Assembly (NCBI GenBank): GCA_963786955.1
Contig: CAWBAT010000003.1
Location: forward strand, 96,001 to 160,000
Length of the DNA: 64,000 nucleotides
DNA from: an uncultured Acidimicrobiia bacterium
Lineage (GTDB): Bacteria > Acidobacteriota > Terriglobia > Versatilivoradales > Versatilivoraceae
Direction: 5' to 3'
Shown here: piece after piece, positions 33,360 to 42,917 of the stretch
Numbering within the stretch: position 1 is the first letter of the stretch
Layout: each line of letters opens with the position of its first letter
Made by a program: the position numbers and the translations under genes
Notes under the pieces: model-generated
The model's database searches: none
What the model saw: the letters and a program-made list of their open reading frames with translations, nothing else
Told to the model about the DNA's origin: nothing

Positions 33360-34564
33360 TTTCCCCACCGACTCCACCCAAAATAAATCTGACCAAACCG
33401 CTGCCTCTCTTCCCCGTGACCACTGTCGGTAGCTGGCCGCGTTCTCTTGAAGTTCTTCGCGCTCAACGGCGGAAACAACGCGGTTTGATTTCCGAGGCCG
33501 ACTTTGAACGGATCGCCACTGCCGCGATTCTTGAAGTACTGCGCCTGCAAGAAGAGGCTGGCGTCGACTTGGTAACCGACGGGGAACAGCGGCGTGACAG
33601 TTTTTATTCATTTGTGGCTGAAAAGTTGAACGGTGTGCGGCTGACCTCGCTGGCTGAAATGCTGGATTGGGTAGAAGACAAGGCCGGGTTTGAGCGTATC
33701 CTTCAAACACTAGATGTCCCCGCCTTCGCCATCAACAATCCGACGTGCACAGGACGCCTCGAACGACGGCTCCCTCTTGCTGTGAATGAGTTTCGGTTTT
33801 TGCGTCAACATACAGACCGCTTCATTAAGATTCCGCTTCCGGGCCCCTACCTGCTGACAAGGGCGATGTGGGTTAAAGAGGTGACTCGCCCCATTTACCC
33901 TACCAAAGAAGACCTTGCCGAAGACGTTGTGCGTCTCTTACGCGCGGAAGTCTGCGAGTTGCGCGACGCAGGTGCGGATTTCATTCAATTGGACGAACCG
34001 GTATTGACGGAATTGGTCTTTACCCAGGGGCAGACCCGAACGTTTATGTGCGCAGCCTTGGCGGCGCGGAAGGATCCGGCGGAGGAATTGGAATTTGCCG
34101 TCGATCTGATCAATCGAGTGGTTGAAGGATTGTCGGATGTGCGAATCGGTCTGCACATTTGCCGGGGGAATTGGAGTCAGCAGGAGGCCATTTTACTGAA
34201 AGGGTCTTATCATCCGCTGACTTCGTATCTTTCCCGGTTAAAGGTGAAGCAACTGGTTCTGGAATTTGCGACACCCCGGGCCGGTGAGCTCGCGGCTCTG
34301 CTAAGTTCGAAGGAAATTGCAGAAAATAAGGAGCTGGGGCTAGGTGTGACAAATCCCCGGTCCCTAGAAATCGAGTCCGTTGCAGCCATCGTTTCTCGTG
34401 TTGAAGAGGCGCTCAATTATCTGCCTGCCGAACGAATCTTCCTGAATCCTGATTGTGGTTTTGGCACCTTCTCTTCACGTCCAGTCAGTAATGTCGAAAT
34501 TGCTACCCGAAAGCTGGAGGTGATGGTAAAAGCTGCGACCATCTTGCGTGAGCGTTATGGTTAG
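33356..34564 (+). CDS. Cobalamin-independent methionine synthase II family (single-barrel MetE core)
   Basis: TTVGSWPR, TDGEQRR, IQLDEP; Zn ligands in LHICRGN, LEF and NPDCGF. Overlaps the previous gene (GTGA). Confidence 0.88.
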   Translation: MISPPTPPKINLTKPLPLFPVTTVGSWPRSLEVLRAQRRKQRGLISEADFERIATAAILEVLRLQEEAGVDLVTDGEQRRDSFYSFVAEKLNGVRLTSLAEMLDWVEDKAGFERILQTLDVPAFAINNPTCTGRLERRLPLAVNEFRFLRQHTDRFIKIPLPGPYLLTRAMWVKEVTRPIYPTKEDLAEDVVRLLRAEVCELRDAGADFIQLDEPVLTELVFTQGQTRTFMCAALAARKDPAEELEFAVDLINRVVEGLSDVRIGLHICRGNWSQQEAILLKGSYHPLTSYLSRLKVKQLVLEFATPRAGELAALLSSKEIAENKELGLGVTNPRSLEIESVAAIVSRVEEALNYLPAERIFLNPDCGFGTFSSRPVSNVEIATRKLEVMVKAATILRERYG

Positions 34565-34782
34565 GGGAATTGTGTTTCAGCTATCTTCAATGATTACAAT
34601 CGATTGCCTCTACTACCGTTTCGAGAATAGAAATCAGATCATGAGCTGAAGTTCATCCTGGAGAGCGATTTAAAATAAATCCGAAGCAGCAGTTTCAAAA
34701 AAAGTGAGACTCAGAGTTTCTTTTGGCGGTAAAATACAATCATAGGAATTGAGTTGATCAATTTCTCTTCCAGGGGGAAGCT

Positions 34783-35334
34783 GTGAAACCAGCGCTAACG
34801 CTTTTTCTGCTCATGGGCATGCTTTTTGTTGGTCGTATGGAGGGTCAGGGGCGCGGGAATTTCGGGGCAGGCAGATCCCAACAGGGCGGACACCACGGGC
34901 ATGCTGGCTTCGGGGAGGGGCGTGGGCATTCTGGCTCCAATATTCGACCTTATGCGATTGGCGGCTTGAATGTCGGGTCTTCCTACCGGGGGGCTTACTC
35001 CCGCCACCGCCTTTATAGTCCGGGTTTCTTTTCCCCATTTTACTGGGGTGATGGTTACTCAGAGCCCTTCATCGACGCCGAACTTCTCCTGCCCGAGTCT
35101 CTAAATGGCGAAAAACTCTATTACCGAAGAGCACCTGCTCCGGATGTGGAACCGAACTGCAAGGATGCCTGGTCGGGAAATCCCCCGACCAATTCGGTGA
35201 GTCATACCATGAACCGGATATTTGAAATGCAGTGTGAGAACAGACATCCGAGCCCAGATACGGAGCTAAGACATCCGACTAGCGCCCCTTCCGGGACGTC
35301 GAACCCCTCGACAACGCCTGCTACAAGAGACTAA
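34783..35334 (+). CDS. Hypothetical secreted Gly-rich protein
   Basis: Signal-like N-terminus, Gly/His-rich and Tyr/Phe-rich segments. Confidence 0.55.
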   Translation: MKPALTLFLLMGMLFVGRMEGQGRGNFGAGRSQQGGHHGHAGFGEGRGHSGSNIRPYAIGGLNVGSSYRGAYSRHRLYSPGFFSPFYWGDGYSEPFIDAELLLPESLNGEKLYYRRAPAPDVEPNCKDAWSGNPPTNSVSHTMNRIFEMQCENRHPSPDTELRHPTSAPSGTSNPSTTPATRD

Positions 35335-35403
35335 TTCGACTTCTTTGAGTTCTTTCCGATCGTCCTCGCAGGAGATCGACCCTTCTGGAGAGCAGCGGTA
35401 AAT

Positions 35404-37122
35404 TTAGAGGTATTCCACGCGAAGGATTGTGTCTGCGTTTTTCCAAGCAGACTCGAATTCCTTTTGCACCATTGCCGCAGCGTCCATCTTTTGCTGAGCC
35501 GCGAGACTTTTCATAAGACCAAACAGCATCCTGCCATTACGAGGGTGGCGGCGAAGTCCTTCTCTAAAGACAGCCTCAGCCTGAGCGGCCATGCCGGCGC
35601 GCAGCAGAGCCCCACCCAACGATTCCCGAACCGGGTAGAACCACGGAGGAGGCTCGTCATAAACAAGAGCATCCTCGAGCGCGACAGCGCGCTCCCAATA
35701 CGGGATGGATGCCCGGTCATTATCGGCCATTCGGGCTTCTAGAATAATGGAAGCTAAATCGAGAATGTCGTCTGACTTGTTATTTAGCCAAAGCCAATCT
35801 TTGGGAATAGTTCGGCGTGCAGCTTCAAACGAATTCTTTGCCTGAAGGGCGTCTTGACCTTTCCCTTTGGCTGTAAACGCAATCGCTCGTCCAAAATGCC
35901 AAAGGGCAGTGGAACTGACCAATTGCGGATCCGGGGCCTTGAGAGCGAGCAACGGATCCCATTGCTGGAATCGGAGCAAGGCAAAAAGCGGAGCCGACAC
36001 GAAGGCATCCACCATCATGGGCATTTCCTTGACAAGCGGCGACGTTGACTCACTGATGGTTTCAGCGGAACGAATGGCCTCTGTCATTCGGCCCTGCATT
36101 TGACGGGCGTAGGCAATGAAATGGAGATTGTGGACGTAGTACCCCGCATAAGAACTCCCGGAGACTCCGGTAAGCTTCATATATTCCCGGTCTCGTTCCG
36201 CGGCGTTTTCGTTGACTTCGGCGGCGAGCTCATAATCGCCCACGAGCAACCAGATATGCCCAGGCATATGGACCAGGTGACCTGCGGCTGGAACGGCTCC
36301 CATCAATCGTTGCGCACTGGGTATCGCTCTCTCCGGGGTTGGCGACATTTCCACGGCATGAATGTAGTAATGGTTGGCGCCAGGATGATCCGGATCTCGT
36401 CGCAGGACAGCTTCCAAAACCTTCACAGCCTCGTCCATCCCCTCTGCTGGCGTGCCATCAGGTAACCACCATTTCCAGCGGACTGGAATCATGAGACTCT
36501 CTGCATAGAGCGTGGCCGCATCCAGATCGTCTGGATATTTTTGTGAGAGTTCCCTCATCACCCGGATGTAATCGGCTGGACGATACTCCGGACAGCGCGA
36601 AGCCACTGCGTCAAAGTAACCGCGCTCTCGTTCCGAGCCATGGCTGCGCAGCGCCATGCCGGCTTGAACCGATTCACACGACTCTTTCATTTGGATACCT
36701 CCATCAAGATCAATATTGATGTAAGGTCCCTGTGCCATGGCCATCCCCCAGTAAGGCATCAGTGCCTCCGGATCCAATTCGGCAGCCCGTCGAAATAAAC
36801 GCAACGCTTCATACCGGTTGAATCCATATAACAGCGACAATCCTTGGTCAAAAAACTTTTGCGTTTCAGGATTTTGGGTGGTGATCGTGTGGGAATGAGT
36901 GCCGAGACCATTGAGAAGCATTGGGGGCTTTTCGCTTCCTGACTCATGCCGGTGTTGAGCAGAGGCCGGGTAAAGAAGAGAAAGCCATACTGCGGTCATC
37001 GCAAGAATGAAGGGCAGGGAATTGGCATGTTGTGAATTCTTAAATGATCGGGTAGTTGTCATCAAGCTGTCCTTTCGCAGGCCGGTTGAATTGATTTTCC
37101 CTGATTGAATCGAAGAATTCAA
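35404..37122 (-). CDS. Secreted TPR-containing protein
   Basis: QKFFDQGL..YGFN, HPGANHYYIH, GHLVHMPGHI, YDEPPPW. Helical repeats. Start may be downstream. Confidence 0.8.
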   Translation of the reverse strand: MNSSIQSGKINSTGLRKDSLMTTTRSFKNSQHANSLPFILAMTAVWLSLLYPASAQHRHESGSEKPPMLLNGLGTHSHTITTQNPETQKFFDQGLSLLYGFNRYEALRLFRRAAELDPEALMPYWGMAMAQGPYINIDLDGGIQMKESCESVQAGMALRSHGSERERGYFDAVASRCPEYRPADYIRVMRELSQKYPDDLDAATLYAESLMIPVRWKWWLPDGTPAEGMDEAVKVLEAVLRRDPDHPGANHYYIHAVEMSPTPERAIPSAQRLMGAVPAAGHLVHMPGHIWLLVGDYELAAEVNENAAERDREYMKLTGVSGSSYAGYYVHNLHFIAYARQMQGRMTEAIRSAETISESTSPLVKEMPMMVDAFVSAPLFALLRFQQWDPLLALKAPDPQLVSSTALWHFGRAIAFTAKGKGQDALQAKNSFEAARRTIPKDWLWLNNKSDDILDLASIILEARMADNDRASIPYWERAVALEDALVYDEPPPWFYPVRESLGGALLRAGMAAQAEAVFREGLRRHPRNGRMLFGLMKSLAAQQKMDAAAMVQKEFESAWKNADTILRVEYL

Positions 37123-37273
37123 GGGATTGAAAGATGAAAACGTCTAAACAAAGGACGTGTTCTCATGCTGCAGAATAATCTAAACCCGTTAGGAAATGGG
37201 ACAGAGTTGACAAGCTCAACATGTCCCATGTCTTTTTGGCTGGGCAGGGGGTTTGCATTTGGCTACGTCTGCA

Positions 37274-37445
37274 TAGGATGTGGCCCCTACTCCCCACGCC
37301 CCTCTCCCCCTTGCTGAGGGCGAGTTTCAGACTGTTACTGCTAATCCGCGGGGGAGAGGGCTATATTTTGTTCGCCTGGGACCCAGGACGGCGGTCGCTC
37401 TGCTCCCTGGTCCTGGGCTAATTTCTGTGGCCCTTACAGGGCCAA
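37274..37445. repeat. Two adjacent hairpin-type intergenic repeats
   Basis: GCCCCTCTCCCCC...GGGGGAGAGGGC inverted pair, then CCCAGGAC...GTCCTGGG and GGCCCTTACAGGGCC hairpins. Confidence 0.5.
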
Positions 37446-37922
37446 AGGCTTCTGCCCGTGCGGCATTTTAACACCCCCTGTATCTAGTGATCGGAATTAT
37501 GGGCAACGATCAGGTTGATAATGTAGGATTACTGAGAGGCAAAGAATTACTGGCAAACAAAACATAATGCATCTGTATTAGAAAAGTGCATTCAATGTTT
37601 GGAAAGCAGTGAAAGGAGGAAGCCAGGACCGGGCCGGTGACCAGCCCTGGATGATCATTTTCTGCATAGCGGAAATCATGGCGGACAGCTTGCAAAAAGC
37701 TGAAAACGGTTGAGGGGTATCAGATTCGCAAATCTATTTTTGAATTGGATTTGCAGTGTCTTTTGAAGGAGTCGGATCTTCCTGAATTGAGTCGGTTGAC
37801 TTGCGCTCAACTGAGCAGTTTCGGGACATTCAGGTTGACACCCCGAACTTCGGTAACACCCAAATCTGCATGACGAGCCATAGCGCGATAAAAATCAACA
37901 ACCAGCTGCCTTCTTTCATAGA

Positions 37923-38390
37923 TTAAACCTCGTTTTCGAGCTGTTCTTCGGCCTTTACAAACTCAGTTTCCAACCTGACTTGGGTCTTGATCGAGTTCGA
38001 AATTAGACAATTCTTCTCTGCTTTCTCAAGCAAATGGTGAGCTTTCTCCAGATCCTTACTGTGGCGAATAACCAGGTGTGGGCGCAGCATAATCTCTGTC
38101 ATTTGATACCCCGCGCCTTCTACTTTGTCGAGCTTTCCCGTGGCCTTGGAATCGAAGCTGACGAACTCGAGTTTAGACATTTGGGCAATGGCCAGGAATG
38201 TTGTCATGAAACAGGAATTGACTGAAGCGACGAAGTAGTGTTCGGGGGTCCATATTCCTTCATGTCCTTGAAATTCAGGCGGGGAAGCCACCTGGAGGGG
38301 CGTTAAACCGGGCGCTTCTAATTCCCCCATTTTTTGTTCGGTCCACTCCACTTCCGTTTCGTAAAAGTATGGCAATGTTGCGGTTCCCAT
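37923..38390 (-). CDS. OsmC family peroxiredoxin-like protein
   Basis: SPPEFQG..WTPEH..SCFMTTF and AEKNCLISNS. Both cysteines are present. Confidence 0.9.
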   Translation of the reverse strand: MGTATLPYFYETEVEWTEQKMGELEAPGLTPLQVASPPEFQGHEGIWTPEHYFVASVNSCFMTTFLAIAQMSKLEFVSFDSKATGKLDKVEGAGYQMTEIMLRPHLVIRHSKDLEKAHHLLEKAEKNCLISNSIKTQVRLETEFVKAEEQLENEV

Positions 38391-38470
38391 GTTTCCTCCA
38401 GAGTAAACAGTTTCTTATCAAACCATTAGTTAACTCAAATCCATCAAAAAATTCTTCCGCACCCATTACC

Positions 38471-38499
38471 TTAGATTCGGAATGTGCCAGAAAGATTCA
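38471..38499 (-). promoter_or_regulatory. Putative ECF sigma promoter of osmC
   Basis: TGAATCTTT-N12-GAATCTAA. Same motif and spacing recur at 38637-38665 on +. Confidence 0.5.
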
Positions 38500-38651
38500 T
38501 TTAAAAGATGTTTGCCCATCCCAGCTCCTGCGCCGCAAAAATCATCAGGAGCGACTCTGAGAGTCATTGACCACCACGATCTCGATTCAATAGAATCTCT
38601 TCCGAGAATATTTGTTCAATCCGGGTCGAAACATTGTGAATCTTTTCTGCG

Positions 38652-39281
38652 ATGAATGAATCCAATAGTCCAGGGCAGGAAGATCAGCTGGTGGCAAAAG
38701 CACGGTCTGGAGACCTCGAAAGCTTTGAAGCCCTTGTCAATCTGTACGCGAAACGCATTTTCCATATTGCTTACAAAATTGTTGAGTCTATCCACGATGC
38801 TGAAGATGTATTACAAGAAACCTTTCTTAAAGCTTTTGAGAACCTGCCCCAGTTTCGTGGGGAATCGAGCTTTTATACCTGGATCGTTCAAATTGCGGTG
38901 AATGGGGCGCTGCAGCGGGTAAAGAAGCGGCGGCTTCAAACAGTTTCCCTGGATGGACTGTACGGTGACGATGATGATTTCAGACCTGAAAGAATCGTGG
39001 CCTGGGATGACAATCCTGAAAAAATCTATTCCAGGAAAGAGACACAGCACATTCTTGAGGAGGCGATTGTTTCTCTCCCGATCCTCTATCGGACGGTGTT
39101 TCTTTTGAAGGACGTGGAAAACATGACGATGGCCAAGATTGCTAGGACCCTGGAGATCTCCCTGCCTGCGGCAAAATCGCGACTGATTCGGGCCCGGCTT
39201 GAACTCCGCGAAAAGTTGAGCCGGTACTTCCAGAAAAAAGGTGCCCCTGTCTATTCCGGAGCACATCCTCATGACCATTGA
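38652..39281 (+). CDS. ECF RNA polymerase sigma factor
   Basis: DAEDVLQETFLKA, FRGESSFYTW, region 4 IARTLEISLPAAKSRLIRAR. Confidence 0.92.
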   Translation: MNESNSPGQEDQLVAKARSGDLESFEALVNLYAKRIFHIAYKIVESIHDAEDVLQETFLKAFENLPQFRGESSFYTWIVQIAVNGALQRVKKRRLQTVSLDGLYGDDDDFRPERIVAWDDNPEKIYSRKETQHILEEAIVSLPILYRTVFLLKDVENMTMAKIARTLEISLPAAKSRLIRARLELREKLSRYFQKKGAPVYSGAHPHDH

Positions 39282-39544
39282 AGCGTACGAAAGCGACTGA
39301 AGTTATGGACTGCAAGCATATTCTGGAAGAATTGAATCTCTATATAGACGGAGAACTCGAGCAAGAATTGTGCCGGCAGTTGGAAGCTCATCTGAAAGGG
39401 TGCGATCGTTGTCGGATTGTATTGGATACAACCCAGCGTACGATCCAGCTCTACCGCGACCAAACCCCTATGGAGCTCCCGGAGGGTGTTAGGGACCGCC
39501 TGCAGGCTGTCTTGCGAGCTTGCTGGAATAAAACTCAATCCTAA
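39278..39544 (+). CDS. Soluble zf-HC2 (ZAS) anti-sigma factor
   Basis: MDC..YIDGEL..HLKGCDRC (HxxxCxxC). No TM segment. Confidence 0.88.
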   Translation: MKRTKATEVMDCKHILEELNLYIDGELEQELCRQLEAHLKGCDRCRIVLDTTQRTIQLYRDQTPMELPEGVRDRLQAVLRACWNKTQS

Positions 39545-39664
39545 CCTCCCTCCCGGCTGGGCTCCGCTCATGGGAAAACGGCCCCCGTCGTGCACTCTAT
39601 GAAGAACGTGATAGAATGTTGCCGGGGCGGTTAAGCGTTCATTATTTTTGAAAGGTTTAAACGA

Positions 39665-40647
39665 GTGGAACTACGCAAAGATCCCATTACTCAAAGCTGG
39701 GTCATTCAGGACCAGGGGGAACGCCTCTGGCAGCGGATGGATGTCTGTCCTTTATGCCCGGGGCAAGAATCCTACTGTCCGCAAACGATCTGTGCGTTGC
39801 CTCAAGGGCAGGCGAACTGGCAGGTACGGGTTGTCCCACATCTTTGGCCGCTCTATCAAATCGAAGGAGATGCTCAGCGCGCCGGGGAAGGGATCTACGA
39901 CAAAATGCGTAATCTCGGGGCCCACGAAATCGTGATCGAGCATCCGAACCACCATTTAACTCTCTCCCAGTTGAGTGTTGAGCATGTCGCCCTGGTATTA
40001 CAAGCTTATGTGACCCGGTCGATCGACCTGAGGAAAGACCGGCGTTTTCGATATGTCAATGTGTTTCGAAATCAAGGGACGCTAGCCGGGCAAGATTGGG
40101 AACATCCGCATTCCCAGATTATTGCCACGCCTTTTATCCCGCGCCGGGTGGGTTACGAGCTGCGCTCGACCAAGCGTTACTTTGAAATGAAGGAACGCTG
40201 TCTGATTTGCGATTGTGTGCAACAGGAATTGAAACAGCAGGTCAGAGTCGTTGAAGCGGACGAGCAATTCGTGGCATTTTGCCCTTTCGCCTCTCGGGTT
40301 CCGTATGAAACCTGGATATTGCCCATCCAGCACAGTGCTTCATTCGAACAGAACTTGGTCCCTTGGGAGCGGCAAGTGCAGTTTGCCCGCCTCCTCAAAT
40401 CAGTTCTTCAGAGATTGGAGGCGGTGACCAAAGCATATCATCTGGTTCTGCATACTCTCCCAGTATACCTCTAAAAGCGGAGCGGATGGGTAATTGGGAA
40501 ACACTGGAAGAGGATTACCATTGGCATTTCGAGATCCTTCCGATCGTTCCATCTAAGTCAAGGTCTTACAGCCTCAAAGAGGTCTATTACAATTCACTAT
40601 TACCGGAGACCGCGGCGGAAGAATTGCGCCGGGTTGTCCAATCATGA
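39665..40647 (+). CDS. galT: Galactose-1-phosphate uridylyltransferase family (frameshift near 40460)
   Basis: ELRKDP, CPLCPG, GAHEIVIE, HPHSQ, PFASRVPYE, YHWHFEI. Confidence 0.85.
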
Positions 40648-40897
40648 TATGATGAAATGACGTTTTGAAAGGCGTGCAGTTTGTTACGACAGCAAAATTC
40701 TTAAACTTTTGTTGTTGCATGATCTTCTTTGCTCGCACAGCGCCGTCCGCATGAATGGAACAACTTAACTCGTTATCGTGATCAATATTTCAACATAGAA
40801 TCGTTGAGTAGTTCATCTCCGCAGTGTTTTTAAACAACGTGGCCTCTTCCAAAAACCGCTCCCATAATAGGTTTCTCTCGGCTCATTTTCCCCATTC

Positions 40898-40916
40898 AAG
40901 GGTGAAGTCACCCGCC
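40898..40916 (+). promoter_or_regulatory. Putative enhancer (bEBP upstream activator site) for the etf operon
   Basis: AAGGGTGAAGTCACCCGCC with palindromic core, 131 nt upstream of the sigma54 motif. Twin at 48437. Confidence 0.7.
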
Positions 40917-41028
40917 CCCCTTTTTTGTACAGCTGCCCGTTGATGCACCTTCGGGGCGTCTGTGAAGATAACATTTAATTTACGATCAACACTCAGGCAT
41001 TATCTGCAATTACCCTCAAACATAGCAA

Positions 41029-41044
41029 TGGCTCGGTAATTGCT
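41029..41044 (+). promoter_or_regulatory. Sigma54 -24/-12 promoter of the etfB operon
   Basis: TGGCTCGGTAATTGCT versus consensus TGGCACG-N4-TTGCW. Confidence 0.75.
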
Positions 41045-41129
41045 CAGTTGATCGGTAAGGGGGAGTGTCCCAAGGAAAAATATCTACTATTACAATTTAA
41101 AAAACAGGAACCAGGAAGGAGGAAAAACG

Positions 41130-41915
41130 ATGAACATCGCCGTCCTTCTGAAACAGGTACCTGACCTGGTCGAAGAATTGGGAGTAGACGAATCCGGCAG
41201 GGGGCTTGACCACTCCTGGCTGAGATTTGTTCTCAATGAATTCGATGCTCACGCGTTGGAGCAGGCTCTTGTTGCTCAAAGAGCAACAGCGGCGGAGCAA
41301 TCGTGGTCTTTGCACTGAATAGAGGTGAAGTTGATGAAACCCTATTTGCAGCTTTAGCAAAAGGTGCCGATTCGGCAGTTAAGATAACCGGTGATTTCGA
41401 CGAAGGTCTAGACAGCCATACTGCCGGGCGTATCTTCCAATCCATCCTTGGTAGTACCACTTACGATCTTATCCTTACAGGTGTTCAAACTAATGACGAT
41501 GTAGACGGGCAAGTCGGAGGGATCCTGGCCGGATACCTCCATCTTCCCTATGTCAGTGTTGTCAGTGGCCTCCGCATTTCCGAGGACCACAAAGTGGCAA
41601 CGGTGCGCAAGGAATTTCCTGGCGGGCTTCTTTCTGAGATTGCGATAAGAATGCCAGCCGTAATAGGCATTCAGGCGGCCTCCCAACCGCCGCGCTATGT
41701 CCCGATTGCTCGGTTGCGGCAAATCATGAAAACAGGACACATCGAAGAAGTCGCTGCCGATGTCGCCCGTGCAAGCAAGGAAAGTTCCAGGATTCCAAAT
41801 TCGGCGAATGTTCAAGCCAGAGGTGACAGGTCGAGCGGAAATTATTTCAGGAAGTCACGACGTAATTGCTAACCGAATTATCGGCATCCTTGCGGAAAAA
41901 GGGATCGTGAGGTGA
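41130..41915 (+). CDS. etfB: Electron transfer flavoprotein beta subunit (frameshifted)
   Basis: LKQVPD, NEFDAHALEQA, ALAKGAD, DLILTGVQ, PPRY. Confidence 0.9.
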
Positions 41916-41918
41916 GGC

Positions 41919-42902
41919 ATGAATAGAGATATTTATGTGTATGCCGAATACCAGAAAGGACAACTAGCGGAGGTTACCTTTGAGATGCTAGGCAAGGGTC
42001 GACAGCTGGCTGATCTTGCGGGAGGGCGGCTTTTTGCCATGTTAGCGGGGAAGGGTGTGTCAAGCCTGGCCATGCAAATGGCAGCGGCCGATGGGGTGGT
42101 CTATCTCGAAGATGAGCGGCTTGCCAATTTCACTCCCGAGGCTTATCAAATTGCTCTTGCCGAACTGATCAGAGAGAGACAGCCTTGGTTAATCCTTTTC
42201 GGCTCGACCTCGATAGGATTGGATCTGGCCGCCTATCTGTCGGCAGAGCTCGGGATACCTTTCATCGCCTACTGCAAAGATCTGTGCCTCGAGGACGGAG
42301 TTCCCCTTGCGACAAGCCGGCTATTCGGGGGCAAGATGTTTGTCGAAATAGCCATTGAGCACGAACAGGCTGTCCTCTCTGTTCTCCCAGGCGCTTTTCC
42401 TGTCGAGCCGGGATTGACCACCACTACTCCCCAAGTCGAACAATTGAAGCCGACTGCTCTCGACCAGGAGTTGCGAACGCATTTTGTACGCTTCATCGAA
42501 CCCGAAAAAACCGATGTGGACATTACGGCAGTTCCCATATTGGTTTCTCTTGGGCGCGGAATTGAAGCTAAAGAAAATGTTGCATTGGCTCAGGAATTGG
42601 CGGACGAACTCGGCGGGGCCTTAGCGGCATCTCGGCCGGTTGTTGACCAAGGATGGCTACCGATGAGCCGGCAAGTGGGAAGGTCGGGAGTGATTGTCAA
42701 ACCGAGACTGTATCTTGCCTTGGGGATCAGTGGGGCCCCGGAGCATACAGAAGGAATGCGCGGCGCTGAGTTAATCATCGCCATCAACAAAGATCCCCAA
42801 GCGCCCATTTTCGAGATCGCTCACTACGGGGTGCACGGCAATGTGCTGGACCTCGTTCCGGCTTTAACGGATGCGATAAAGTGCAGAAAACTTGCAGCGT
42901 AG
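41919..42902 (+). CDS. etfA: Electron transfer flavoprotein alpha subunit
   Basis: GRGI, ASRPVVD, QVGRSG, GISGAPEH, AINKDPQAPIF. Confidence 0.93.
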   Translation: MNRDIYVYAEYQKGQLAEVTFEMLGKGRQLADLAGGRLFAMLAGKGVSSLAMQMAAADGVVYLEDERLANFTPEAYQIALAELIRERQPWLILFGSTSIGLDLAAYLSAELGIPFIAYCKDLCLEDGVPLATSRLFGGKMFVEIAIEHEQAVLSVLPGAFPVEPGLTTTTPQVEQLKPTALDQELRTHFVRFIEPEKTDVDITAVPILVSLGRGIEAKENVALAQELADELGGALAASRPVVDQGWLPMSRQVGRSGVIVKPRLYLALGISGAPEHTEGMRGAELIIAINKDPQAPIFEIAHYGVHGNVLDLVPALTDAIKCRKLAA

Positions 42903-42917
42903 CGAGGGGAGGGGACC

